Counted from the first letter of the stretch, positions 20,328-30,639 are shown. The stretch: 56,231 nt of DNA from an uncultured Planctomycetia bacterium (GCA_964372345.1 CAYJQR010000003.1:1-56231); one strand, 5' to 3'. Notes: generated by a model not told the origin, from the sequence alone. Translations and numbers: made by a program.

Positions 20328-21547
20328 CCCGCGCCGAGTTCCGTATAAAGACTCGCGTACCTTCCAGCGATTTTTTGCATATCATACCGATGTTCCACGC
20401 GATCTCGCGCTTGACGCCCTAATGAAGACGCCGGCGATGGGTGAGTGAATACGGCAAGGATCTTCTCTGATAATTCTGTGATCCCCCCTGGGGTAAACAG
20501 CCAACCTGATTTCCCATCCTCAACGACTCCCTCCGCTATCCCAGGTAATCTGGAAGCGATCACCGGTATGCCGCACGCCATCGCTTCCAATAACACATTG
20601 GGTAATCCTTCGCGATAGGAAGAGAGAACAAATAAATCCGCCGTTCGATAGTAGTCCTCTATCTCCTCTATCTTTTCCAGCAACAATACCTCCGACCCTA
20701 ACCCTTCTTTTTGGATTGTCTCCTGAATTCCTTTAACCAACTCCGGTAGTATCTCTTGATACCGGCTGTCGGTAGAACCGACTAAGACTAGGAATGACGG
20801 ATCGATTTTCTCTTTGACTCTTCTCCACGCGGCAAGAAGATCCGCAGCCCCCTTTTCGCGGGAGAAAAAACCTACAAACAAAATCATTTTAACATTCAAG
20901 GGAATTTTTAGTTTTTTACGTATCTCTTCTTTTTCCGATGCATTCTTTATGGGACTGAATCGTTTAAGATTCACTCCATTGGGAATCTCGGCAATTCTCT
21001 TTTTACGCAGGAACGAATTCCTGGCGCTTTCCAAGAAAGCCGGAGTGATCCCCACGAAACAGTCGCATAATAGAAGAACCTCTTTCGCTATTCTCCCAAA
21101 GAGTCCTCTCCGATCCAAGTTCGCTTGCAGGGTTAGCGGGTCGTCAAAACCCAGTGAAGTAAATTTCTGGATGATTTTTTTCCCAAACATCTTGGCAAGC
21201 AATATCACCAGATAATTTTTGGAACTAACGCCGTGGCAATGAACAACCTGGATTCTGCGGACTATTCGAAGAAACACCCACAGATATTGAGGAGCGGCAA
21301 AGAAAAGATTGAAGACTTGGTTTTCCCATACTTTGATTCGGAAAACTTGTACCCCATCCACTGTCTCGGTATCTCTATCTCTGGAAGGGTTGAGACTCGC
21401 GGCAAGAACATAGAAGAGGAAAGAATTGTTTAAAGCCTGAATTAAAGAACGGCACTGATGAGACCCTCCAAATCCTTCCGGATAGTAGGCGCTCACCACC
21501 ATGCAAACGCCGAGCTTCATCTTTTCTTTCTTTTTAAATCCTGGCAT
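20324..21547 (-). CDS. GT4 (GT-B) glycosyltransferase
   Basis: 407 aa with the REGLPNVLLEAMACGIPVIAS motif. Confidence 0.8.
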
Positions 21548-22839
21548 TGGCGATTCAGCAAGATAAACCAGGGGGCGGTCAATGATAGAAGCCCTATGTT
21601 GTGCATTCCTAAGAAACGATAGATTTCGTACGGCTGCCGCGTCGCGACCTGTGGAAGAAAAAAAGTCGCAATTTCGTTGAAATGAGTCAGTTTTAGAAAA
21701 AGAGTATTGGGTATAATAATGCCCGTCAATAAAAAATATGCCGCGACTGTTCCTATTAAATACCGGCGCTTCAACCCTTGCCGTAAGTACGGGAGCAGTA
21801 ATAGAAACGCGGGGAAAGAAAGTATCAGGTATTCAAACGCCGAATGGGGCCCGAACAGCAAAGGATAGAGACATCCCATTGAAAGGAGAAAATCCGGGCA
21901 AAACTCTGTGTCTTTTGAAGCCAACCTTTTCTTGATCTTGGAATAAAAAGAAATAAGCGCCGTCAATAAAAGGGCGCCGATACCAAGGGCGGTCCGGATG
22001 ATGACCGGAATAATCTCATGGTTTGGGACAATCAGCAGGCCCTCTTTCGTGCTTCTAAACCCAACAGCCCATTTCAACAGCATGGACTGGAGGGCAAGCC
22101 CATCCCAAACCAGTATCCCGTGATGGAACACGGAATTTCCGGTTCCCGGAGCGACCCGTTGTATCAGCCCCGCGACATAACCAAACCCCATCGCGTCTCC
22201 ATAAAGGAATTGCGTAATCCCCAAAAAGATCGTTAGGAATAAAGCCGACCAGAAAAATACTCTCTTTCGTATCAGCAAAAACAGAAATATCAGGAGAAGA
22301 GGATATATTTTAATCAGCGCCGCGGCCGCGAGGCAAAACCCGCAGAAGGAAAAAGAATTTTTCTTGTAAGCGACAATGCCGGCCAGGACAAACGCCATCT
22401 GCCACAACTCTGGCATCGTTGTTTGAACATCATAAATAAGAGGCTGAAAGTTCAGCATTAACAAACAGACCGTCAGCTTGGCACTAAAACTGAATCCCCT
22501 CGCGTAATAAAAAAAGGTGGTCATCAATAGGGTTAATAAAGAAATAGCAGCCATATAAATCATCGCGAATTTATAGGCCGGCGCTTGAAAATGGGAAAGA
22601 ACAACCACAGGATGCATGATTAAATTAAAGACGGGGCCATACAGATTTTCAACGGGCGGTTTCTCAAAAGTCGCCGTCGCCCCTTGCAGAAAATTCACCA
22701 AAGGCGCCGCTCTTTTAACAATATGGTTGTTGGGTAAATCTTTGACAAAAAGTCCCAGCGCCGCGTAGAGATGGTACATCGTATAAAATAGGAAGCCAGT
22801 TATTAGATACGCTTTTGGTCTTTTAAGGATGTCTAACAT
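21517..22839 (-). CDS. polytopic membrane protein, GT-C-like glycosyltransferase or glycan polymerase candidate
   Basis: 440 aa with more than 10 hydrophobic helices, located in a glycan operon. The family assignment is not secure. Confidence 0.4.
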   Translation of the reverse strand: MLDILKRPKAYLITGFLFYTMYHLYAALGLFVKDLPNNHIVKRAAPLVNFLQGATATFEKPPVENLYGPVFNLIMHPVVVLSHFQAPAYKFAMIYMAAISLLTLLMTTFFYYARGFSFSAKLTVCLLMLNFQPLIYDVQTTMPELWQMAFVLAGIVAYKKNSFSFCGFCLAAAALIKIYPLLLIFLFLLIRKRVFFWSALFLTIFLGITQFLYGDAMGFGYVAGLIQRVAPGTGNSVFHHGILVWDGLALQSMLLKWAVGFRSTKEGLLIVPNHEIIPVIIRTALGIGALLLTALISFYSKIKKRLASKDTEFCPDFLLSMGCLYPLLFGPHSAFEYLILSFPAFLLLLPYLRQGLKRRYLIGTVAAYFLLTGIIIPNTLFLKLTHFNEIATFFLPQVATRQPYEIYRFLGMHNIGLLSLTAPWFILLNRQCQDLKRKKR

Positions 22840-22882
22840 TCAGACCGCCAGGAAAGGTCAGGCAAGAGTATTCATTAATCAA

Positions 22883-24463
22883 TCAGGAAGCGATCGAAAC
22901 TGCCTCCAGAGGACGAAGGAGTTCTTGGACGACAACTTCATTTTGTTCATTTTCTTTGTTGACAGTGACAGTAGAAGTAGCCACCTCGATTTTATCGAGT
23001 AAGATATCCGCGATCTTTTGATCCCACACCTGTTTCTTTCTCAAGCCGGTCACCCCGAAACCCTTTGGTATTTTGTACTGCGCTATTGGAAAAGTATTAT
23101 ATACGAGGCGGAACAAATCCTTCTCCTCTCCTTTGTGGAATACGAAATCAGAATAAACACCCCCCTCAGGGATGAAATCCGGAGTAATCCATCCATGCTG
23201 GACTGCCATGTCAAACATAACCGATTTCGGAAAAGGTATCGCGATATGAACCTGCGGCATATCGTCAATCTGGGCCGCCATTTTTAACGTTTTAATAGCT
23301 TGCGCCACCTTTTCGCCAGGGAACCCGATCATCCATTGACCATTGACTTTGATCTTATATTTCTTGAGCGACTGAACACATTTCATAATCTGCTCATCGC
23401 TTGTTCTCTTTAACAGGATCTTATTGCGGTATTCCTCGTCTCCGTGTTCAAAACCAATAACCACTCTCTTGCAACCTGATTGGTAGAGAAGCTCAGCGGT
23501 TTCTTCGTCAATTTCATCGGCTCTTCCGAGACAATAATAAGTCAGGTACCAAAAACGCTTTCGATATTTCTGGCAAAATTCTCTAAGCCAGTCTTTGCTG
23601 ATTAAGAAAGAATCATCTTTAAAACGGATAGGATCCAATGCCACTATAAAGAGATTAAGAAAGTTACGAGCGACTTCTTTGAGTGATTTTGACTTCAAGA
23701 TCTTCTTGCTGTTGTGGTACCATCGCATCTTCAATAAAGTACCAATCTCGTCTAACACGGAATCCACGCTTCGTTTGCGATAATACTTTCCCATACCAGG
23801 GCCTTTCCCCATTTGGAACATCATGTACGGAGTATTACAAAAGGAACACTTTCCCTTGCATCCCAGTCCTGTAAAGATTCCTGAATAATCCAGCTGTTGT
23901 CTGTCAATGGAGAAGTCATCAATGTTTCCATACCAGGGTTTCAGGGGATTGCGAATAATCTGGCCGTCCTTCTTAAAGTGCATACTCAGAACCCCCGTAT
24001 AATCGCCACCTGTTTCAACTGCTTGGCAGAGTTCCAGCATGGCGATTTCACCTTCTCCCGTGCAGATAAAATCAATCCCCTCAGGTTGAATAGCGGTATC
24101 AGGACAAACTGTAGGGTGAATACCTCCAAGACCAATCAGAATCTCAGGGCGAATGTTCTTAATACGCTGGGCAATGCGAACTGCTTTGCGGAAACTACCG
24201 GAATCTGTTGAAATCCCTATTATCTTTGGATCAAGTTCCAGCAGTTCTTGCAGGGATATCGGTTCGGCAAAAGGAGTGGTAGGTTCATCTCCCAACATGA
24301 TTTCGTCAAGCCCTTGATAAACACCATAGGACCTGAACCCATTTTTGTTCAGGTGGTTCATGATAAAAAAAGGGCCCATGGAACAAGTCCCTAAAAAAAC
24401 CACTTTTACACTATGATGCTGATCATTGACTCCTATGCTTCTCTTTTGAGAAGTGAGCAACAT
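22883..24463 (-). CDS. class B (B12-binding domain) radical SAM enzyme
   Basis: CKGKCSFC (CxxxCxxC) cluster motif preceded by a Rossmann-like B12-binding region. I chose the ATG at 24463 (MLLTSQ...) because GGAGG lies 4 nt upstream. The longer track ORF would overlap the upstream gene. Confidence 0.75.
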   Translation of the reverse strand: MLLTSQKRSIGVNDQHHSVKVVFLGTCSMGPFFIMNHLNKNGFRSYGVYQGLDEIMLGDEPTTPFAEPISLQELLELDPKIIGISTDSGSFRKAVRIAQRIKNIRPEILIGLGGIHPTVCPDTAIQPEGIDFICTGEGEIAMLELCQAVETGGDYTGVLSMHFKKDGQIIRNPLKPWYGNIDDFSIDRQQLDYSGIFTGLGCKGKCSFCNTPYMMFQMGKGPGMGKYYRKRSVDSVLDEIGTLLKMRWYHNSKKILKSKSLKEVARNFLNLFIVALDPIRFKDDSFLISKDWLREFCQKYRKRFWYLTYYCLGRADEIDEETAELLYQSGCKRVVIGFEHGDEEYRNKILLKRTSDEQIMKCVQSLKKYKIKVNGQWMIGFPGEKVAQAIKTLKMAAQIDDMPQVHIAIPFPKSVMFDMAVQHGWITPDFIPEGGVYSDFVFHKGEEKDLFRLVYNTFPIAQYKIPKGFGVTGLRKKQVWDQKIADILLDKIEVATSTVTVNKENEQNEVVVQELLRPLEAVSIAS

Positions 24464-24530
24464 TTTGCCTCCGCTTGTCATGTAAGTTATTCTATCAAAA
24501 GAAACCTCTATTTTGCAAGAAATATACTCT

Positions 24531-25424
24531 TTACGGCATGCGGTTGTAGAAGTAACGTTCGATGGGCCTTGCCCGGGGGATGTAGCAAACATCCTGCGTG
24601 GTATGCCCAAGGGCTAGACATCCCGTAATCACATACGGATCAGGAATTTTCAAAAGTCTTCTGACTTGCTTTTCCTTTTGTACACTTCCAAAGCTTGTAT
24701 AACTCCCCCAGCAGCATCCGATCCCCATCGTTTCGCAAATAAGATAGATATTTTGAATCCCAGCGGCGCTGTCTAACCAGGGGACAATGCGGTCATCGGG
24801 ATAGCGATAGTCTACTCCATAGGAGACGATCACAAGCAAAGAAGGCGCGTCCGCGAAGAACTGTTTTCCGCCGGGTATCGTGGAAGCAATGAACTTCTTC
24901 ACTTCGACGTCATCAATAAAGATAAACTCCAGCGTCTGCCTGTTGCACGAACTGGGGGCGTGGAGAGCCGCGTCGACAATAATAGTCTTCTCTTCCTCGG
25001 TCAGGGGCTCTCCGGTAAATACCCTTCGACTCCGCCTCCTCTTCATCAAATTTAAAAGACTATCCCGATCAACTTTATATGAAAAACCTTCCACCTTATT
25101 GTAGAAAATATTCGGACAAATCCCGCAGGTTTCTCCACTCTTATATTCATCCAGTATCCTCTTTGCCCACCGATAGTAGCTTTTATCCAAGAGATTATGA
25201 TTTCCTTCTAATAGCGCCTCTAGTTCACCCACGATTTCCTCCTTCGTTCTAGCATCATACCTGTCCGGATGAAATAGAAAGCGTTCGACCACGTGGGCTC
25301 TTTTTCGAATTAACACGTCCACGGCGGTCGGATTTTTCTTCCCCTTGTAATAATAGAGGAATTCACTTGTATAAGCCCTGACCGTAGCATTAATTAATCT
25401 AAAAAAGGAGGGCAGAGTTTTCAT
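24531..25424 (-). CDS. nitroreductase-family flavoprotein with an N-terminal extension of about 130 aa
   Basis: RRSRRVFTGEPLTEEEKTIIVDAALHAPSSCNRQ marks the start of the nitroreductase fold near residue 130. I do not recognise the N-terminal part. Confidence 0.7.
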   Translation of the reverse strand: MKTLPSFFRLINATVRAYTSEFLYYYKGKKNPTAVDVLIRKRAHVVERFLFHPDRYDARTKEEIVGELEALLEGNHNLLDKSYYRWAKRILDEYKSGETCGICPNIFYNKVEGFSYKVDRDSLLNLMKRRRSRRVFTGEPLTEEEKTIIVDAALHAPSSCNRQTLEFIFIDDVEVKKFIASTIPGGKQFFADAPSLLVIVSYGVDYRYPDDRIVPWLDSAAGIQNIYLICETMGIGCCWGSYTSFGSVQKEKQVRRLLKIPDPYVITGCLALGHTTQDVCYIPRARPIERYFYNRMP

Positions 25425-26806
25425 CGGTCCTTGAAGAGATCGACCAGTTCATTTGATTCATACATTTTTTGGTTCAGCGTTAAGAGATTGACTAACCCTT
25501 TTAGAAGCAAACCGTTATATTTAGGATCAATGGCGTTGGCGCGGAGATGAACCGGTTGTCCGTCCCGGCTGACGTGAGTATAGAACCCACCTTCTCCTTG
25601 ATGCAAGCACAAAACCTTCTCTATTAATTCCTTTGATATTTTTAAGTACCACGTGTCTTTTGATAATTCGCCGACCCTTCGTATCGAAATCGCGAAATCA
25701 ACGATTTGATCCATGTGGTCTATATCTTCTTCAGGTGAGATAGGGATTAATCCGTTACTCCACCGTGTTTTCAGCCGTTTATCAATGATCGTTTTTGCTA
25801 ATTGAATATACGCTGGATCCCGCTCTACAAAAACGTAAGTATCCATCAATATATCAACGAAAATGAAGGTGTGTGTCAGAGCCGCATCACTCACAACGCC
25901 TTTTGGGAAATAAAAACCAAAAACAACGTCGTTCTTGATCATCTTCTGACGAACCGACTTTATCCATCGCACCACCACTTTTTTATATTCCCCGTTCCCT
26001 GTCCGTCTAAAGAGTTCTATCAAAGTAAATATAAAAGTGCTGTTGGCTTTCATGATCTGGGTGAAAAGGCCTGAACTTAAATAGTGAAACGCGAAGGGTT
26101 CTTTGAAATTGCTCAAACATTTCTTTACCCATCCTCTATTGTCAAGCCGCTGAGGCTGGTTTCGACGAATTCTTCCCTGATTAGCCAAAAACTCATAGAA
26201 TGCCGCGCATGGTAAATCAACGTTCCAGCGAAAAGGGAAAAACCCGTGTTTCTCGAAATAGGGGTTATCCATCCAAGTCTTTGTAATTACCTCTACCCGT
26301 TCTTGGAGGTATCCATAATCCGCACCCATTTCAAGAAATGTCTCCAGCAATCCTGCCGACCAATAATAACGAAAACGATACTTTCTCTTCTTGCGGATGT
26401 CATAGGTACCAAAGAGATCATTGTCGTCCATAAAGTAAGCTGTTGTTTGGTCAATTGCTTGGTCCAAGACATCTTTTACTTCTTTATCTCTGGTTCTTCT
26501 CCACAACGCATAAAGACCTCCTAAATATTCATCCGTGAAGTAGGAATAGATCAAGTTATTCTGTGCTAATAATGTGTCGAATGAAAAACGCGAAGCTCGA
26601 CGGACTTGTTCTACTAAAAATTCCTCCTCCCCGAAATAAATAAAAAATGGGGCTAAATCGTCGAAATTATCAAAGAGCGTTCTCTGAGAAGCCGGATAAG
26701 TCCTGGAAACAAAGCCGTCGTGATTTAAATAGCGAGTCTTAAAATTATTGATGATCTGCTTTGCAATATCCACAGCTTGGGCGCTAGCGGAGTCAGTAGA
26801 ATGCAT
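25421..26806 (-). CDS. hypothetical protein, 461 aa, family not recognised
   Basis: Long uninterrupted ORF. Its ATG directly abuts the upstream stop (TAGATG) and it overlaps the downstream gene by 4 nt. Aromatic-rich and soluble-looking. Confidence 0.6.
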   Translation of the reverse strand: MHSTDSASAQAVDIAKQIINNFKTRYLNHDGFVSRTYPASQRTLFDNFDDLAPFFIYFGEEEFLVEQVRRASRFSFDTLLAQNNLIYSYFTDEYLGGLYALWRRTRDKEVKDVLDQAIDQTTAYFMDDNDLFGTYDIRKKRKYRFRYYWSAGLLETFLEMGADYGYLQERVEVITKTWMDNPYFEKHGFFPFRWNVDLPCAAFYEFLANQGRIRRNQPQRLDNRGWVKKCLSNFKEPFAFHYLSSGLFTQIMKANSTFIFTLIELFRRTGNGEYKKVVVRWIKSVRQKMIKNDVVFGFYFPKGVVSDAALTHTFIFVDILMDTYVFVERDPAYIQLAKTIIDKRLKTRWSNGLIPISPEEDIDHMDQIVDFAISIRRVGELSKDTWYLKISKELIEKVLCLHQGEGGFYTHVSRDGQPVHLRANAIDPKYNGLLLKGLVNLLTLNQKMYESNELVDLFKDR

Positions 26807-27550
26807 CTATATCTTCCCTGATGTAAAAATGGGCAGAGATTGAACAAGAAGAGATCTAGGGTTGTGGACATACAACTCGATACCCTTCTTTTGAAAATAC
26901 TTTCTCCATCTCTTAGCCCAAATGATTGTTTCCCGCGCTGTGTTATGTTTGTCTCTATATGTTTTGTCCCGGATGATGTCGTTGCGTCTGGTTTGATCGC
27001 GTTCTAGCCAAAAGTAACGCCGATCGTACAAATCAACCCCTACCAAGACGATTTTTCTCCACCTCAGGAGATACGCGAAGTTAATGCAATCAAAGAGGGT
27101 CGATGGGCCATGCGTCAGTCCGCCAAAACTAGCTCTAAAATCATCGTTGGGATACCTCGTTCCTTTAGGACAATCATAATAGAAAAGACACTCTGCTCCT
27201 TCAGGGAAAGAGCCGCTGAGCAGGGCGCGGATGCTTCCCAGTCCTACTTGAAGAATAAAAATTGTTTTCTGGTAATAGGGATTTCCCTTAAGTAGTTGCG
27301 CATACTTCCGAAATTCTTCCCTCCAGATAGCTTGGTTGTAATCATCACTGGCAACTTCCCTGACTAAATGGAAATCGGCGCGGATGAAGTTCTGGTGAAC
27401 AAACCAGCTGAATGAAAGCGTGTTATGTTGTTCTATTCTCTTTATCTCAGCCGGCGCTAGAGCGCTAATTGAATATCCGGAACCAAAGATGAAAATCGTA
27501 TCGGACCGTTTTTTCTTTCTGGCTTCTTCAAACGTTATTTCCTTAACCAT
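26807..27550 (-). CDS. putative nonulosonic-acid (sialyl-type) transferase, CstII/GT42-like or DUF115-like
   Basis: 247 aa. IFIFGSGYSI resembles the CstII IIAGNGPSL nucleotide-binding start. LVGVDLYDRRYFW resembles the GIDFY segment. It abuts the cytidylyltransferase gene (TAAATG). Assignment is from remembered motifs only. Confidence 0.4.
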   Translation of the reverse strand: MVKEITFEEARKKKRSDTIFIFGSGYSISALAPAEIKRIEQHNTLSFSWFVHQNFIRADFHLVREVASDDYNQAIWREEFRKYAQLLKGNPYYQKTIFILQVGLGSIRALLSGSFPEGAECLFYYDCPKGTRYPNDDFRASFGGLTHGPSTLFDCINFAYLLRWRKIVLVGVDLYDRRYFWLERDQTRRNDIIRDKTYRDKHNTARETIIWAKRWRKYFQKKGIELYVHNPRSLLVQSLPIFTSGKI

Positions 27551-28261
27551 TTATATCCTCGTATTACAGCCTTGCCTCTCCCCTAATAAAAACTCGGCTA
27601 TTTTAAAATCAAATTCCGTATCAATATCAACGGAGCGTTCTCGCGGCATTACATAACCAACGGTCCCGTTGGAAACAAATGATCTGGTTTGAATCAACCA
27701 CTCTTTATGCGCTACATAAACGGCTCCGTTAAGAAAATAGGTCCGGGGCAAATCTTGTCTTCTCAACGCCGTTTTCTCTTCTATTTCGAGCACCGGCTTC
27801 ATTCGCTCATCAGAATCAAGTGAATACATCCAGTAAGGACTTTTCTGTGTCTCGGTGACCGAAACACAGGCGTTGGCATTTTTTCTGAGGCATTGTTCCA
27901 CACCGCCGTCAATATCCATTACACTGCGCAAAGGAGAAGTTGGCTGAAGCATCATCACCAGATCATAACCTGGAAGCAGAGTCAGGGCGTGTAAAATCGG
28001 TTCGATACCCGGCGTCTCATCCCGTGACAATTCGTCCGGCCGGACAAAAGGGACTTCACATCCCAAAGACTTCGCCAAACGGATGATCTCTTCGTTCTCC
28101 GAAGAAAGAATCAAGCGGTCAATATACTTCGATTTTTTTGCTTCTTCAACCGTCCAAGTAAGCAGTGGTTTCCCCATAAGGGCTGTGACATTCTTACGAG
28201 GCAACCCCTTAGAACCTCCGCGCGCCGGAATAACCGCCAATACTCTTTTTCCCTCGATCAT
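27551..28261 (-). CDS. neuA: acylneuraminate (nonulosonate) cytidylyltransferase
   Basis: VLAVIPARGGSKGLPRKN motif. Start taken at MIEGKR (ATG at 28261) with an AGAGGA SD. The longer ORF would overlap the upstream gene. Confidence 0.8.
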   Translation of the reverse strand: MIEGKRVLAVIPARGGSKGLPRKNVTALMGKPLLTWTVEEAKKSKYIDRLILSSENEEIIRLAKSLGCEVPFVRPDELSRDETPGIEPILHALTLLPGYDLVMMLQPTSPLRSVMDIDGGVEQCLRKNANACVSVTETQKSPYWMYSLDSDERMKPVLEIEEKTALRRQDLPRTYFLNGAVYVAHKEWLIQTRSFVSNGTVGYVMPRERSVDIDTEFDFKIAEFLLGERQGCNTRI

Positions 28262-28272
28262 TGAAATTCCTC

Positions 28273-29760
28273 TTAAACTGTCCGAACTGCGACGATGTTC
28301 TTCATTTCCTTGACATTTTTGACCTGATACAACAAACGGCAAACCTTTCGGATTTCTTCTTCCGTCAGCGTTACTGCGGACGGCAAACTGATCCCGCGTC
28401 GGGAAATCTCTTCAGAGATGGGGAAATTCTTTTCCTGTCTGGCGCGGCAGTAAGGCGCATAGGGGGGCATTTGGTGAAGCGGATAGAAAACGGGCCGGCA
28501 TTCGATTCCATTCAATAGAAATTTATAGATAAGCTCATCTCGTTTGCCGAAAATACTCTCGTTGATCAAAACCGTGTACAGCCAGAAAACATTCTCCGCC
28601 CACGGTCCCGCAGGCGGCAGCGTAACCCCCTCACAATCCCTGAGAGCGGACGTGTAGGCGTTGGCAATTGTCTGCTTACGATCAACAAATCGCTTATATT
28701 GCTCCAATTGCGCTACGCCAACGGCCGCCTGTAAGTTGGTTATCCGGTAGTTGTACCCTACTTCCAAATGCCAATATCGTTTGTCTTTGGACATTCCATG
28801 ATCGCGCAGTAATTTTGCTCTTTCCGCGTGTTGATCATCTCTGAAAACAATCATTCCTCCTTCACCGGTTGTAATCATCTTGTTCCCAAAGAAGCTAAAA
28901 CACGCGGCATCTCCTAATAGGCCAACTGGCCTTCCCTTGTAGACAGCTCCGAGAGCTTCGGCGCAGTCTTCAATCACTAACAGATGGCGCCGCTTCGCAA
29001 TTTCAAGGAGAGAATCCATATCACAGGGATGCCCATAAAGATGGACAGGCATGATTGCTTTCGTTTTTGGAGTAATCGCTTTTTCCACTTCCTTTGGATC
29101 TAAGCCCCAGGTAGAGAAAGAGACGTCAACAAAAACAGGAATGGCTCCGGTATGGATGACGGCATTGGCGGAAGCAGCAAACGTGAGATCCGGCACAATG
29201 ACTTCGTCCCCAGTCTTAATCCCCAGCGCGACAAGTGATAAATGAAGAGCCGCAGTCCCATTAGTGACGGCGATCGCTTTTCTTCCCTCAAAAATCTTTT
29301 CAAACATCCGTTCGAGTTGGTCAACATACTTCCCTTGGGATGAAATCCAATTGGACTTCACGCAATCCACAACGTAATTCAATTCATTACCGCCTAAATC
29401 AGGCTCTGCGATCGGGATTCGATGGAGCCGGGCGAGACACGCGTAGTCCATCAAGCGGCCTTCTGAATCTATCAGGGGGATATGGCGAATATGCTCATTC
29501 AAGAATCGCGCGATCTTTTCTGGCGGGGTCTCCACATGACAATAAGTAAAATCCTTATTCATGACCTCTTTGACTTTTGCCCGCAAAGTATTCCCTTTCA
29601 GCAAGGATCTCCGTATATCTCCATCCGTGAGCAATCCTTTTAATCGATCGTTTTCGTCAACAACGAAGACGACCCCCTGAGCGTTTCTGTCAATCATCAC
29701 GACGGCTTCACGGAGAGTTTTCCCTTCTGCTATCGCCATCTCTTCTATTGGAGGAAACAT
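28273..29760 (-). CDS. CBS-pair domain fused to a DegT-type sugar aminotransferase
   Basis: 495 aa. The N-terminal ~120 aa form a CBS pair (VVFVVDENDRLKGLLTDGDIRR ... IPLIDSEGRLMDY). The remainder is DegT-like with the FFGNKMITTGEGG lysine motif. Confidence 0.8.
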   Translation of the reverse strand: MFPPIEEMAIAEGKTLREAVVMIDRNAQGVVFVVDENDRLKGLLTDGDIRRSLLKGNTLRAKVKEVMNKDFTYCHVETPPEKIARFLNEHIRHIPLIDSEGRLMDYACLARLHRIPIAEPDLGGNELNYVVDCVKSNWISSQGKYVDQLERMFEKIFEGRKAIAVTNGTAALHLSLVALGIKTGDEVIVPDLTFAASANAVIHTGAIPVFVDVSFSTWGLDPKEVEKAITPKTKAIMPVHLYGHPCDMDSLLEIAKRRHLLVIEDCAEALGAVYKGRPVGLLGDAACFSFFGNKMITTGEGGMIVFRDDQHAERAKLLRDHGMSKDKRYWHLEVGYNYRITNLQAAVGVAQLEQYKRFVDRKQTIANAYTSALRDCEGVTLPPAGPWAENVFWLYTVLINESIFGKRDELIYKFLLNGIECRPVFYPLHQMPPYAPYCRARQEKNFPISEEISRRGISLPSAVTLTEEEIRKVCRLLYQVKNVKEMKNIVAVRTV

Positions 29761-29772
29761 CAGACACTCACC

Positions 29773-30639
29773 CTATCTCTTCCCCTGTTTTTTCAAAATA
29801 TATGCTTGGATCGGCGAATAATTACCAACGGGCGGTAAAGAGGAAAAGAATTTAACGAACTCCGTATTTTTTACGCTCTCACCCTTGGTGACTAATGGAT
29901 GAAGGACTCGAGCAATAAAATAGTGAGAACTGAGAAAATTATGATGAAACACATATCCATTCTCTTTGCGGCTGAATTGCGCGGGTTCAACAACTGTAAA
30001 TATTTTACTGATGGCTTGCAAGAACAAATCTTTGTCAAAGTATTTATTATGGTATGCTTCTTTTAATTCAGAAAGCCCGCATTCCTTTCTGGCCTTATTG
30101 TTATTGAGCAGCCCATCCGTAAAACATTCTATCATAAGATAATATCCTCCCAATACAAGCACTCTTCTAATTTCATGCAGAGCTAACTTTTGTTCTTCCC
30201 AATTTAATATATTAATTAAACACCTTTCACTGTAAACTACGTCGAACATTTCGCTGTCAAACGAAAGTCGCCTCACGTCTCCTTGCATGAATTTGCAATT
30301 TGGTAATTTCCTATCTTTTGCAATCGACAACAATTCCTTGCTAAAATCAACGCCCCAATAGCTATTGGCAGGATAACCCTTGGACAAAACACTCAAAGCA
30401 TATCCATTTCCGCATCCTAGATCTAAAACCCTCAAATTTCTATTCCCTAATTTATTTTTGCCCATGGCGCAGAAACTAGAAATCAACGTAATCTCCTTTT
30501 CTCTGATCACTTCGTCTTCCATGGTAGATTGTGGGGACGCGCCATATTTCGCGGCCTGTTCTTCATAATGCTTCTTAACGAGCTCGTCGCTTTGCACTGA
30601 CAATCTCCTAGTTCCTGTCGTGTCATTACCTGCCTTCAC
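29773..30639 (-). CDS. class I SAM-dependent methyltransferase
   Basis: VLDLGCGNGY motif I. The gene is very AT-rich. 4-nt overlap with neuB. Confidence 0.75.
   Translation of the reverse strand: MKAGNDTTGTRRLSVQSDELVKKHYEEQAAKYGASPQSTMEDEVIREKEITLISSFCAMGKNKLGNRNLRVLDLGCGNGYALSVLSKGYPANSYWGVDFSKELLSIAKDRKLPNCKFMQGDVRRLSFDSEMFDVVYSERCLINILNWEEQKLALHEIRRVLVLGGYYLMIECFTDGLLNNNKARKECGLSELKEAYHNKYFDKDLFLQAISKIFTVVEPAQFSRKENGYVFHHNFLSSHYFIARVLHPLVTKGESVKNTEFVKFFSSLPPVGNYSPIQAYILKKQGKR

Noticed and set aside
24464-24610. N-terminal 49-aa extension of the radical SAM ORF
   Set aside because: It would overlap the upstream nitroreductase gene by 80 nt. The internal ATG at 24463 has a GGAGG SD at ideal spacing.
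22883-26806. RiPP interpretation of the radical SAM plus nitroreductase (SagB-like) plus unknown-protein trio
   Set aside because: No plausible precursor-peptide ORF, YcaO, protease or exporter lies adjacent. The intergenic gaps are only 43-67 nt. The genes are translationally coupled to sugar-nucleotide enzymes.
28262-28342. N-terminal 27-aa extension of the cytidylyltransferase ORF
   Set aside because: It would overlap the upstream aminotransferase gene. The family normally begins close to the ARGGSKG motif, and the ATG at 28261 has an AGAGGA SD.
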